From assembly GCA_042584585.1 (NCBI GenBank), contig JBHOSQ010000005.1, positions 1 through 64,000 on the forward strand: DNA of 64,000 bases. Reading direction: 5' to 3'. Under the pieces are notes generated by a model. That model worked only from the letters and a program-made list of their open reading frames with translations, was not told where the DNA came from and made no database searches. The position numbers were made by a program, and so were the translations under genes. Every line of letters begins with the position of its first letter. The stretch's first letter is position 1. This document shows positions 45,558 through 54,337 of the stretch, piece after piece. The DNA is from an archaeon (GTDB lineage Archaea; B1Sed10-29; WALL01).

Positions 45558-46169
45558 TCAAACCAGTTCCTTCATCTCTATCGCCGCTTCCCTCGACTCG
45601 GCCACCAGCGTGTACCTCTCCGGCAGGGCCGCGGCCAGCTTTTCCAAGTCAATCGACATATCAAAGTGAATGTACGGATTCTTTAGGCTCCCAAGCACGC
45701 CGAAGTCCATCTCTCCCTCCCTCTCAATCACGGCTGGCACGTTAATCACGGGCACCACCCCAATCTCCGCAATTTTCAGCACTTCTTTCAGCGACCCGAA
45801 CTGTGCCCGTCGGGGCTGCGTCTCTATGCCAAGCGGAACACTAAGCTTCTTCATTACCTCGCGGCAGTTCTTGGCCAGCACTTCCATGGCTTCTTCCGGC
45901 TCCCGCTTCGAGTAAAATCCCGCCCGCGTCACGACTATGTCCGCGTTCAATTTCCGTGCGACCTCGCCAGCCTCAACAATCCGGTTAATCGCGTCGTCGA
46001 CCTTCTGCAGCTTCGGGCTGGTCAGGCTGACGTAGTATGGTGCGTGTATGCCGAACCTCGGGCCGCTGTACTTCCAATCCAGGTTATAGCTAACGCTTTT
46101 TTCGAACTGGATTTCGACGAATTCCCATTCCGACCTGTAGTCCTCCGGCCTTAGGCACACCCCTAACAT
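45558..46169 (-). CDS. Endonuclease IV/AP-endonuclease-2-like TIM barrel, degenerate
   Basis: 'HAPYYVSL' and 'IET....QFGSL.E' are present, but several metal ligands appear substituted. Confidence 0.7.
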   Translation of the reverse strand: MLGVCLRPEDYRSEWEFVEIQFEKSVSYNLDWKYSGPRFGIHAPYYVSLTSPKLQKVDDAINRIVEAGEVARKLNADIVVTRAGFYSKREPEEAMEVLAKNCREVMKKLSVPLGIETQPRRAQFGSLKEVLKIAEIGVVPVINVPAVIEREGEMDFGVLGSLKNPYIHFDMSIDLEKLAAALPERYTLVAESREAAIEMKELV

Positions 46170-46222
46170 CAGTTATCCTATCGGAGGAAAAGTTTATAAG
46201 CTGCGGGGGAGTGTATTGCGCT

Positions 46223-46504
46223 ATGCAGGACGATGAGCTGGCTTTGAAGCTTGTGGAGCTTTACGTCGTAGAAGTGTCAAAAGGGCATGAAAAACGGCAG
46301 ATGGGGTTAGACACTTTGCTGAACGCTTATTTCTATGCATTGCTCCGCATCACGCGCAAGAACAAGGAGACCGCGGCACTCCACAAGGCGGTCGAGCGCG
46401 AAGAAGAAGTGCTCGAGGAAGAGTACAAGCCCGAGGTCCCGACCGAAGGCGGAAAAGAGCCCTACAAGGAAAAAGAGGGAAGCGAAGACTTCAAGTTCGA
46501 CTAG
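46223..46504 (+). CDS. Hypothetical protein with acidic tail
   Basis: Open frame downstream of TTTATAA, typical codon usage. Confidence 0.55.
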   Translation: MQDDELALKLVELYVVEVSKGHEKRQMGLDTLLNAYFYALLRITRKNKETAALHKAVEREEEVLEEEYKPEVPTEGGKEPYKEKEGSEDFKFD

Positions 46505-46527
46505 CTCCCACACCCTGGGGCGATAAA

Positions 46528-47427
46528 TTGAAAGTTTGTGTTTTCGGCGCAGGCGCCATCGGCAGCTTATTCGCAGCACTCCTTTCCAAACAAAATGATG
46601 TTTTCGTCGTCTGCCGCGAGGCACACGCCAACGCAATAAACTCCAGCGGCCTAGCCGTAAGCGGCATCGAAGAATTCAATTCAAAAATTCCCGCATACAC
46701 CACCGCGCCCAACCAACAAGTTGACTTGCTCGTGATGGCCACGAAGTCTTACGACACCGAAGCCGCAATCAAGCAAGCCACCCCACTCATCTCCAGCAAC
46801 ACCCATGCCCTTTCATTGCAAAACGGCTACGGCAACCCCGAGCTCATCCACAAACAATTCCCCGGCACCTCCGTTGTCACCGGAGTAACAACCTACGCGG
46901 CGCAGCTCCGGGAGCCCGGAAAAGTGGAATGGACCGGGAAAGGCCAAACCCTGCTCGGGCCCCCAAGCGCCTTCACGCAAGAGCTCGCGGAAAACCTTGT
47001 GTCATGCGGCATAAGCGCCGAAGTCTCCGAGGACATTGAAAAAGAGGCCTGGAAAAAGCTTGTCATCAACGCAGCGATAAACCCAGCCGGGGCAATCTTC
47101 GGCCTAACAAACGGAGAATTACTCGGCTCCTCCGAAGCAATGAAACTAATGCAAGGGATTGTTGGCGAGGCAGAACAAGTCCTGAAACTAAACAATACCC
47201 CCGTCCTGAATTCTTTCCAGCGAGTGAAAGAAGTCGCATTACAAACCCGTGCCAACCGCAACTCAATGCTCCGCGACCTGGACCGCGGCAAGCAAACAGA
47301 AGTGGACTACATCAACGGAGTGATTTGCGGGCTCGGGAAAAAGCTTGGCGTGCCCACGCCCCTGAACGAGTTCGCAGTAAAAAAAATCAAGGAGCTGGAA
47401 GCATCTTCTTCTGCCCGTGCCACGTGA
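46528..47427 (+). CDS. panE: 2-dehydropantoate (ketopantoate) reductase
   Basis: GAGAIG, 'TKSY', 'LQNG', 'WKKLVINAAINP', 'NSMLRD', 'TEVDYING'. Confidence 0.95.
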   Translation: MKVCVFGAGAIGSLFAALLSKQNDVFVVCREAHANAINSSGLAVSGIEEFNSKIPAYTTAPNQQVDLLVMATKSYDTEAAIKQATPLISSNTHALSLQNGYGNPELIHKQFPGTSVVTGVTTYAAQLREPGKVEWTGKGQTLLGPPSAFTQELAENLVSCGISAEVSEDIEKEAWKKLVINAAINPAGAIFGLTNGELLGSSEAMKLMQGIVGEAEQVLKLNNTPVLNSFQRVKEVALQTRANRNSMLRDLDRGKQTEVDYINGVICGLGKKLGVPTPLNEFAVKKIKELEASSSARAT

Positions 47428-48221
47428 CCGCAGCCTTCAAGGTTGTCAAGGCCGAAAGCGCCCTTGCCACCGGCTCGCTCGGCTACGGCTTTTGCCTTGA
47501 CAAAGGCGTCACGACTTCCGCCGAAAAAGGCGCACTGAAAACCATTGTCAACGGCAAGGAGTGCGACGCGGGCGTCACGAAACGCGTGTGCGAATTGCTT
47601 GGGGTCGAGGCAGTAATCCGCCAGACCGCAGACTTGCCGAGCGGAAGCGGATTCGGGGTCAGCGCCGCAGCCGCGTTTTCCACTGCCCTTGAGCTGAACG
47701 AGCTTTTTGGCTTGGGGCTGTCAACCGAAAAATGCGGCCAAACCGCCCACACGGCTGAAGTAGAATTGCTCGCGGGGTTGGGCGATGTTATCGCCGCTTT
47801 CCACGGCGGGTTTGACCTCAGGGAAAAGCCTGGCGCCCCTGGAATCGGCGTGGTCAAAACACAGGACATCGCTGCCGACAATGTAGTGGTCGGGACAGCC
47901 GGCAGAATCGCGACCAAAACCGTGTTGGGCAGTGACTTGGAGAGGCTAAACGAGTTCGCGGACAGGCACATCACCGGCTTCAGGCCAACCACCGAGTACT
48001 TGTGCGACTCTTCACTTGAATTTGCCCACGAAATCGGGATTGTCGACAAAGAGCTTCAGGCAAAAATCGATTCCATAACCGGCACCGGCGTCAAGGTCGG
48101 CGTGGCCATGCTTGGGAAAACACTTTTTTCTTTTGATGACGCGGAAGCTGCGTTCAAAAAGAGCTTAAGCAACGTCACGTCTTGCGGAATAAACCGTGGC
48201 GGCCCAAAGAATTATTCGTAG
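47380..48221 (+). CDS. Pantoate kinase (GHMP family); start unresolved
   Basis: 'P.HVT..F', 'GSLGYG', 'LPSGSGFGVSAA', 'AHTAEV...GLGDV', 'R.KPGAPG', 'AMLGKT.F'. Confidence 0.85.
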
Positions 48222-48979
48222 CTGTGTTCCAGGTCGGGGTAACTTCCTTTTTTCACTTCGTTGTTGTATTCCTGGAAGGCTTTTTTCATTTCTTCGCGAA
48301 TGTTGGCGTACTTTTTCACGAACTTGGGCTCGAAGTCGTTAAAAATCCCGAGCATGTCGTGCGAGACCATTACTTGGCCGTCGCAGTGGGGCCCGGCACC
48401 AATCCCGATGGTCGGTATCTTGAGTGATTCAGTGATTGTCTTGGCGAGCGCGACTGGAATGCATTCCAGCACGATTGAGTAACAGCCGCTTTTTTCCAGG
48501 GACAGTGCGCCGTCAACTATTTTTTTTGCCGACTCTTCGTCCCGTCCCTGCACCCTGAACTTGGTTATTGTTTGTGGCGTCAGGCCAACGTGCCCCATGA
48601 CCTGAATGTCTTCGGCGATAAGCGCTTCAACGACGTCGGGGAGGTCGCCCTCGACTTTCACGGACTGTGCCCCCGCTTCCACCAAAAGCCTGGCGTTTTT
48701 CACGGCTTCGCTGGGCGTGTCGAAGCTCTTGTACGGCATGTCCCCAATCACGTGCGCGTTTTTTGCGCCGCGGGCCACTGGCCTCACGTGCTCCAGCATG
48801 TCGTGCATCGTCACTGCCTGTGTGTTCGTGTACCCAAGCATGACCATTCCCAGAGAGTCGCCAACCAGAATCGCGTCAATCCCCGCCTCGTCCATTATAC
48901 TGGCCGAAGGCATGTCGTAGGCAGTGAGGACACTAATCTTTTCCCCACGCTCCTTCATCTCCAGAAACCGCTTGACCAT
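48212..48979 (-). CDS. panB: 3-methyl-2-oxobutanoate hydroxymethyltransferase
   Basis: 'LTAYD', 'LVGDSLG', 'DMP', 'VKVEG', 'MGHVGLTPQ', 'PTIGIGAG..CDGQV'. Confidence 0.96.
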   Translation of the reverse strand: MVKRFLEMKERGEKISVLTAYDMPSASIMDEAGIDAILVGDSLGMVMLGYTNTQAVTMHDMLEHVRPVARGAKNAHVIGDMPYKSFDTPSEAVKNARLLVEAGAQSVKVEGDLPDVVEALIAEDIQVMGHVGLTPQTITKFRVQGRDEESAKKIVDGALSLEKSGCYSIVLECIPVALAKTITESLKIPTIGIGAGPHCDGQVMVSHDMLGIFNDFEPKFVKKYANIREEMKKAFQEYNNEVKKGSYPDLEHSYE

Positions 48980-49084
48980 GAGACTGGTGTTGTGCCCCCG
49001 CCCAAATAAAACCATTCCCCCTGCAATTGACGATGATTGGGCTCGACCAGTGGCTTTATGAATCATCCTCGCCATAATTAGCTT

Positions 49085-49579
49085 ATGCCCAGCGGCAAAC
49101 CCGACCAAATCAACGTGCGCTTCGTCTTGGTAAACCAAGACAATATTGGCGAGTGGGAAGAAGCAATCAAGGAAGTGCGCGTCCACAAGGTGAAATTCAG
49201 GGAGCTAATCCACTCCATCAAAGACGGGTCTGCCACAACCGTCCTTGGCCTGCTGGAGGGAACGAAAGAGCCCATCGCGGAATACAGCTCGTTTTTTTAT
49301 CCCGGCGGCGACATCAAGACCGGCTACCTCCGCGTCAGAGAAAAATACAGGGGGTACGACCTCGGTTACCACTTGATTGACGTGCGGGACAAGCACTTTC
49401 ACCCCGATGCCGACAAAACCGTTATGGTCTCGCGCCCCAAGGAAAGCTTGGTGCCCGGCATAATGGAGCGGCACGACTACAAGCCAATCCCACAAGGCAA
49501 CTGGCTAAAGCTTGGCACCGACAAAGCACCCAGCACAAAGCCGGTCGTGCGCACGCTCAAAAGAAAAGAGTTTGCCTAG
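49085..49579 (+). CDS. GNAT-fold-like protein
   Basis: 'LRVREKYRGYDLGYHLI' resembles GNAT motif A. Confidence 0.5.
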   Translation: MPSGKPDQINVRFVLVNQDNIGEWEEAIKEVRVHKVKFRELIHSIKDGSATTVLGLLEGTKEPIAEYSSFFYPGGDIKTGYLRVREKYRGYDLGYHLIDVRDKHFHPDADKTVMVSRPKESLVPGIMERHDYKPIPQGNWLKLGTDKAPSTKPVVRTLKRKEFA

Positions 49580-50724
49580 ACCAAAATCCTAATCACGTCG
49601 CCGTCCTTCAGCTCGTAGTCCTTGCCAACGCGCTTTTTCGTCCTGGCGTCGACAGCCCCAATAAACTTCTCCCCAATGTCAGTGTGAACCTTGTACGCCA
49701 AGTCCAGCGCCGTCGAGCCCTTCGGCACCAGGTACGCGTCCGGCAGCACGCGCCCCTTCTTGTCCGTCAGCTTGTTCTCGTCCTCCACGGGATAAACCAC
49801 GATTAAGTCAAGCAACTTGTACGCCGCCTCATCAATCGCCTGCTGCACCCCGGTGTTCCCGAACTTCGCGAGCAAAGACTTGATGAAATCAAGCGCCTTC
49901 CCCTGCTTCTCCGGGACCTCACTCCCAACCTCAAAACCATTGTCACCCGGCGAATACGCAACCAGCCCGTGCTCACTCGCCCTCCGCAGCGCCAATTCCG
50001 CCTCCGCGCAACAAGCCACCGGGCTGGGGGACGCCGACTCCGTCGACGTCAACTCGCGCAACTTTTTAATGTTCTCTTCGGACTCCGGAAGGTCCATCTT
50101 GTTCGCCGCGACAAGAATCGGCTTCCGCACCCGCTTCACGAGTTCCAGCAAATCACTTTCGCTCGCAGTGTTATCAATACCCAACTCCTTGACGGCCTTC
50201 TTCACCTCGTCTTCCCGCACCTTCAGCCCCGTAAGCGGTTGCTGGATTGCCTGCCACGGCTTCACGGTTTTCATCTCAATCTTCCGCTTCAGCGCGTCCC
50301 ACTTGTCCATGAGTATTCCGAGCATCCATTGCTCAATTTCTTCTTCCAAAAACGCGACGTCCGCAACCGGGTCGCCACTGCCCTGGTTCCCCTCCGCGTC
50401 GCTGCGCCCGCTCGCGTCAACAACGTGGATTAATGCATCAGCGTCAGCCAGATCGGCCAAGAACTGGTTGCCCATTCCCTTGCCCTCGTGGGCTCCAGGC
50501 ACAAGCCCGGCCACGTCCACCATGGCAATCGGCACCAACCGCTTGCCGTCGCAGTGCTTTACCCCCAAGTCCACACACGGGCACTTCGCCCGCACGACCG
50601 CGGTCCCGCGGTTAGGCTTAATCGTCGTAAACGGATAAGCGGCCATCTCCGCCTCTGTCAGGCACGCAGCGTTCAAAAACGTGGTTTTGCCTGAAGAAGG
50701 TTTGCCCACAACACCGATTTTCAT
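49576..50724 (-). CDS. ychF: YchF/Ola1-family P-loop NTPase with TGS domain
   Basis: GKPSSGKT, 'YPFTTIKPN', 'DVAGLV.GA..G.G.GNQFL', NKMD, TGS tail. Confidence 0.93.
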   Translation of the reverse strand: MKIGVVGKPSSGKTTFLNAACLTEAEMAAYPFTTIKPNRGTAVVRAKCPCVDLGVKHCDGKRLVPIAMVDVAGLVPGAHEGKGMGNQFLADLADADALIHVVDASGRSDAEGNQGSGDPVADVAFLEEEIEQWMLGILMDKWDALKRKIEMKTVKPWQAIQQPLTGLKVREDEVKKAVKELGIDNTASESDLLELVKRVRKPILVAANKMDLPESEENIKKLRELTSTESASPSPVACCAEAELALRRASEHGLVAYSPGDNGFEVGSEVPEKQGKALDFIKSLLAKFGNTGVQQAIDEAAYKLLDLIVVYPVEDENKLTDKKGRVLPDAYLVPKGSTALDLAYKVHTDIGEKFIGAVDARTKKRVGKDYELKDGDVIRILV

Positions 50725-50778
50725 GCGGTTTTATTCTGCAGCTGAATGTTTTTAAACATGGCTATGCAGTATCTACGC

Positions 50779-51990
50779 ATGGCCTGGGCAGAAGAGTTCG
50801 CCCCATCCACACTGTCGGAAGTCGCCGGCAACCCCAGCGCAGTCGAAGACATCGAGCACTGGGCCAAGCACCCAAAAGGCGCCTTATTGCTCGTCGGCCC
50901 GCCGGGCTGCGGAAAAACATCTGCGGCATTGGCCCTTGCCAACGACAAAACATGGGACGTGCTTGAGCTAAACGCGAGCGACCTGCGCAGCAAAAAAAAC
51001 CTGGAGCGCGTCGCCGGCCTTGCTGCCGTGTCCACCACTTTTTCCGGAAACCAGCGAATGATTCTATTCGACGAAATCGACGGTCTGTTCCGAGCCGACT
51101 ACGGCGGCGCGGGCGCGGTGCTAAACATCATCCGCAACGCCGAGTGCCCCATTGTCTTGACGGCGAACGACCAGTACGCCAAAAACATTTCTTCCATCCG
51201 CAAGGCATGCACGACCGTAAAATTCAAAAAAGTCCACTACGCCACAATCAAGCACACACTCGAAAGAATTTCCAAGGAAAAGAAAATCGACTGCGACGCC
51301 GCTGCCCTGGAAACCATCGCGAAGGCAAACCACGGCGACCTGAAGGCAGCAATCAACGACCTTCAGGCATTGACCATCGGCAAGAAAAAGCTCCACGAGG
51401 GCGACGTGCTTTTGCCAGAGAGAGACCGCGAGGGCAGCATCTTCAACGCAATGCTCACGGTCTTCAAAACTACACACTACGAAAAAGCCAAGGCGGCTTT
51501 TGACTCGGTCCAGGAGGACCCGGACCTGTTCATGAAGTGGGTGGACGAAAACATTCCCCGGGAGTACAGAAAGCCCGAGGACCTTGCCGCGGCGTTCCAG
51601 GCATTGTCCCGCGCCGACTTCTACAACGGCGCCATATATCGCCGCCAGAACTGGTCCCTCATGAAGTTCCAGATAGCCATGATGACCGCTGGAGTGGCAA
51701 TGGCCAAGAAAGAAAAGTACCACGGCTTCACGGCTTACCAGTATCCGTCGTTCATCCGCAAGCTCTTCGCCACGAAGGCAAAGCGCGACGCCCGGAAAAG
51801 CGCGGCAAAGAAGATTGGCAGCGAAATCCACGCAAGCCCCCACGAGGTCATAGTGGACCACTGGCCTTACTTGCGCCTCCTCGCGAAGGAGGACCCGGTG
51901 GGCTACGCGCACACGTTTGACCTCAACGAAAAAGAGCTGGAGTCCCTCGGCGTGACTGCCGCAAAGGCAAAAAAGGCGTTAGCTTTATAA
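50779..51990 (+). CDS. rfcL: Replication factor C large subunit
   Basis: GPPGCGKT, 'LELNASDLR', 'DEID', 'GDLKAAINDLQ', 'WVDENIP'. Confidence 0.92.
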   Translation: MAWAEEFAPSTLSEVAGNPSAVEDIEHWAKHPKGALLLVGPPGCGKTSAALALANDKTWDVLELNASDLRSKKNLERVAGLAAVSTTFSGNQRMILFDEIDGLFRADYGGAGAVLNIIRNAECPIVLTANDQYAKNISSIRKACTTVKFKKVHYATIKHTLERISKEKKIDCDAAALETIAKANHGDLKAAINDLQALTIGKKKLHEGDVLLPERDREGSIFNAMLTVFKTTHYEKAKAAFDSVQEDPDLFMKWVDENIPREYRKPEDLAAAFQALSRADFYNGAIYRRQNWSLMKFQIAMMTAGVAMAKKEKYHGFTAYQYPSFIRKLFATKAKRDARKSAAKKIGSEIHASPHEVIVDHWPYLRLLAKEDPVGYAHTFDLNEKELESLGVTAAKAKKALAL

Positions 51991-52028
51991 GCCGCCCTTG
52001 TTTTTAGTGGGTTGAGGTGAACTCATAT

Positions 52029-52739
52029 ATGGTATTAGACCTCTCTATCCTTGCTTTGCAAGGTATGTTATTGAATATAGTTATAAGTTTGGTTATTGGC
52101 CTTGCACTGCTAGTCGTCGGTTACGGCGTCGCAGTGGTGCTAGAAACGATCCTGAAGCGCGCTTTTGAGCGCTCCAAGATAGAAGAAAAGCTGAAGCAAC
52201 ACGGTATGAGCGGCGCGCTCATGGGCTTCTCGCTCAGCGGCATCATCACTGGACTAATCAAGTGGATTGTGTTCCTGTGGTTCATGGTGTCCGCAATCAG
52301 CGTTATTGAAAACGCGTTCCTTGTGTTCAAGGAAGGAGCGGCATCGCCTGTGCTTACGAACTTCCTCGTGTCGTTCGTGAACTTCTTGCCCGCGCTCCTG
52401 CAGGGAATCGTCATCTTGATTGTCGGTTTCTTGGTGGCTGACTACTTGGCCTCCGCAATCAGGACCGGCATGAAGACCCAGGCAAACGTCGTCGCGGCAG
52501 CCGTGAAAGTTATCGTGATTTACTTCACGGTGACCATTGCCCTTAGCAACCCCGCCTACGGAATCAACGTCGGCATCATCACGGAAATCTTTAACTTCCT
52601 AGTGATGGCGGTCTCGATTGGCATCGGCGGCGGAATTGCTATAGCGATGGGCCTCGGCTTAAAAGACTCTGTCTCAAGAATCGCAAAGAAACACGAGAAC
52701 AGTACCGAACGCGCTTTGCTCGGAACCATCAAGAAATAA
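52029..52739 (+). CDS. TM_helix-repeat membrane protein (MscS/CmpX-like)
   Basis: 'FLPALLQGIVILIVG' and 'AIAMGLGLKD'. Confidence 0.75.
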   Translation: MVLDLSILALQGMLLNIVISLVIGLALLVVGYGVAVVLETILKRAFERSKIEEKLKQHGMSGALMGFSLSGIITGLIKWIVFLWFMVSAISVIENAFLVFKEGAASPVLTNFLVSFVNFLPALLQGIVILIVGFLVADYLASAIRTGMKTQANVVAAAVKVIVIYFTVTIALSNPAYGINVGIITEIFNFLVMAVSIGIGGGIAIAMGLGLKDSVSRIAKKHENSTERALLGTIKK

Positions 52740-54336
52740 GCGCTTCAAGGCTGATTTCAAACGCAGCAACCGGCAAGTCCATCCCGAAGTTCGTGAGGGC
52801 CTCGGGGTGGATTTCGCCGACAACCCCTATTTCTTTTTTATTCACGACGACAGCAGCAGCCCTGCCATTCAGGAAAGATGGGTTCTTCACCGGCTTGAAC
52901 TTCGGCTCGTACCCAAGCGACACGAGCAATGACTCCACCAGTGACTTCGCCTCGGTAAAGTCCGCCCTCGCGTTGCACGAAACCGCGGCAAGCCTCTGCT
53001 CCTCGTGCAAAGTCTTCCGGTCCTCGACCACTCTCCCAATATCGAAGAGCCTCTGCGGGTACTCATAGTGCTTGTTTTCCGACAGGATTTGCAGAAGCCC
53101 GGGCAACAGCGAATTCCGAATCGCATTATAGTTAACATTAACCGGGTTCTTTGCCATAACCAACTCTGCCTTCTGCCGCATCCTCTTCGGCATTTCCGAG
53201 CTGGTCAAGTGATAAGTATTGCACTCCAGGAACCCGAACCCCGCGAACGCCTCCGCGACCTTCCTCTCCATAATCGCCTCACGATCCTCGCCGCCGATAG
53301 TGGAAATCCCGGGAATAATCGCCTCGAAGTTCTCGTAGCCATACGCAATGGCCACGTCCTCCACAAGGTCAATGGGGTGCAGCACGTCAGTTCGGTAAGC
53401 AGGCACAAGCACTTCCTCGCCGTCCACGCCGTAGCGCATCTTCTCCAGTAATTTCTTGGCCTGTTTCCAGTTCAACGCCAGCCCAAGCAATGAATTACAA
53501 TAGTTAAGGTCCAGCCTCATCCGCCGCGGCTCCATGTTGGGCGTCGCCGACCCACTGAACTTCACCAGGTACGCCTCTCCGCCAGTGTCCGCGAGCTGCG
53601 CCACGATAATGTGCAGCGCCTGTTCCACAACACGCTTGTTCAATCCAGTGACGTCAATGAAAACCCCTTTCGTGTCCGGAGTGACCGCGGTCGCCGCGCT
53701 GTTGATAATCGGCGGCAGCGAAAGCACTTGTTTCTTGGCGTCAATCCACAGCGGGTACAAGTTCGTCCCGTGCAGCAAGTGCGCGTAGTCCTTTCCTTTG
53801 GGGTGCTCCCGAAGGATTTCGGTGACCGTCATCTCGCGCCGGTACTCGAGCGGCACGAACTTGAAGTCGCCGCGCACAGTGGTGTACTTCACGGGGAACT
53901 CAATCGTGTCCAAATCGTAAACTCCAATCGACGCCAGTTTCCTGTTTCTGGAATGCGTGGTGTGCAGCTTTTCCTGCATCTGCATCAGCGAGACCAACGC
54001 CTCTTCGTCAATCGAAACGCCCTTGACGACCGCGGCAACTACGTGCTCGCGCACCTTTGCGACTGACTTATCCACGATTGCGGTGTAGCCACCGTCTTTT
54101 GTATTGTACTTCGCGAGCCCCGTCTCGATGCCCAAAAAACCACGCAGCGCGCGGGCCAGCCCCTCCTCGCTCAGCAAGTCGGGCCGGTTCGGGAACGCCT
54201 CGATGACCCACGTGTCGCCCTCCGACTTCTCGACCACGGCGCCCATCATTGCGATGCGGTCGGCCAGCTTGTCGTCACTAATCGGCTTGCCGATTCTCTT
54301 CACGAGCTTGTCCTTGCTGACCTCGAAAGTTGGCAT
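52729..54336 (-). CDS. pheT: Phenylalanyl-tRNA synthetase beta subunit (archaeal type)
   Basis: 'NRPDLLS.EG', 'QEKLH', 'PPIINS', 'R.DVLHPIDLVEDVAIAYGY', 'GEIHP'. Confidence 0.97.
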   Translation of the reverse strand: MPTFEVSKDKLVKRIGKPISDDKLADRIAMMGAVVEKSEGDTWVIEAFPNRPDLLSEEGLARALRGFLGIETGLAKYNTKDGGYTAIVDKSVAKVREHVVAAVVKGVSIDEEALVSLMQMQEKLHTTHSRNRKLASIGVYDLDTIEFPVKYTTVRGDFKFVPLEYRREMTVTEILREHPKGKDYAHLLHGTNLYPLWIDAKKQVLSLPPIINSAATAVTPDTKGVFIDVTGLNKRVVEQALHIIVAQLADTGGEAYLVKFSGSATPNMEPRRMRLDLNYCNSLLGLALNWKQAKKLLEKMRYGVDGEEVLVPAYRTDVLHPIDLVEDVAIAYGYENFEAIIPGISTIGGEDREAIMERKVAEAFAGFGFLECNTYHLTSSEMPKRMRQKAELVMAKNPVNVNYNAIRNSLLPGLLQILSENKHYEYPQRLFDIGRVVEDRKTLHEEQRLAAVSCNARADFTEAKSLVESLLVSLGYEPKFKPVKNPSFLNGRAAAVVVNKKEIGVVGEIHPEALTNFGMDLPVAAFEISLEALIS

Positions 54337-54337
54337 T

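Noticed and set aside
48980-49186. N-terminal extensions given by the ORF track for panB (also taw3, radB, trm11, JAMM, NFACT)
   Set aside because: The extensions overlap neighbouring genes or promoters. Family homology begins at the downstream starts used here.
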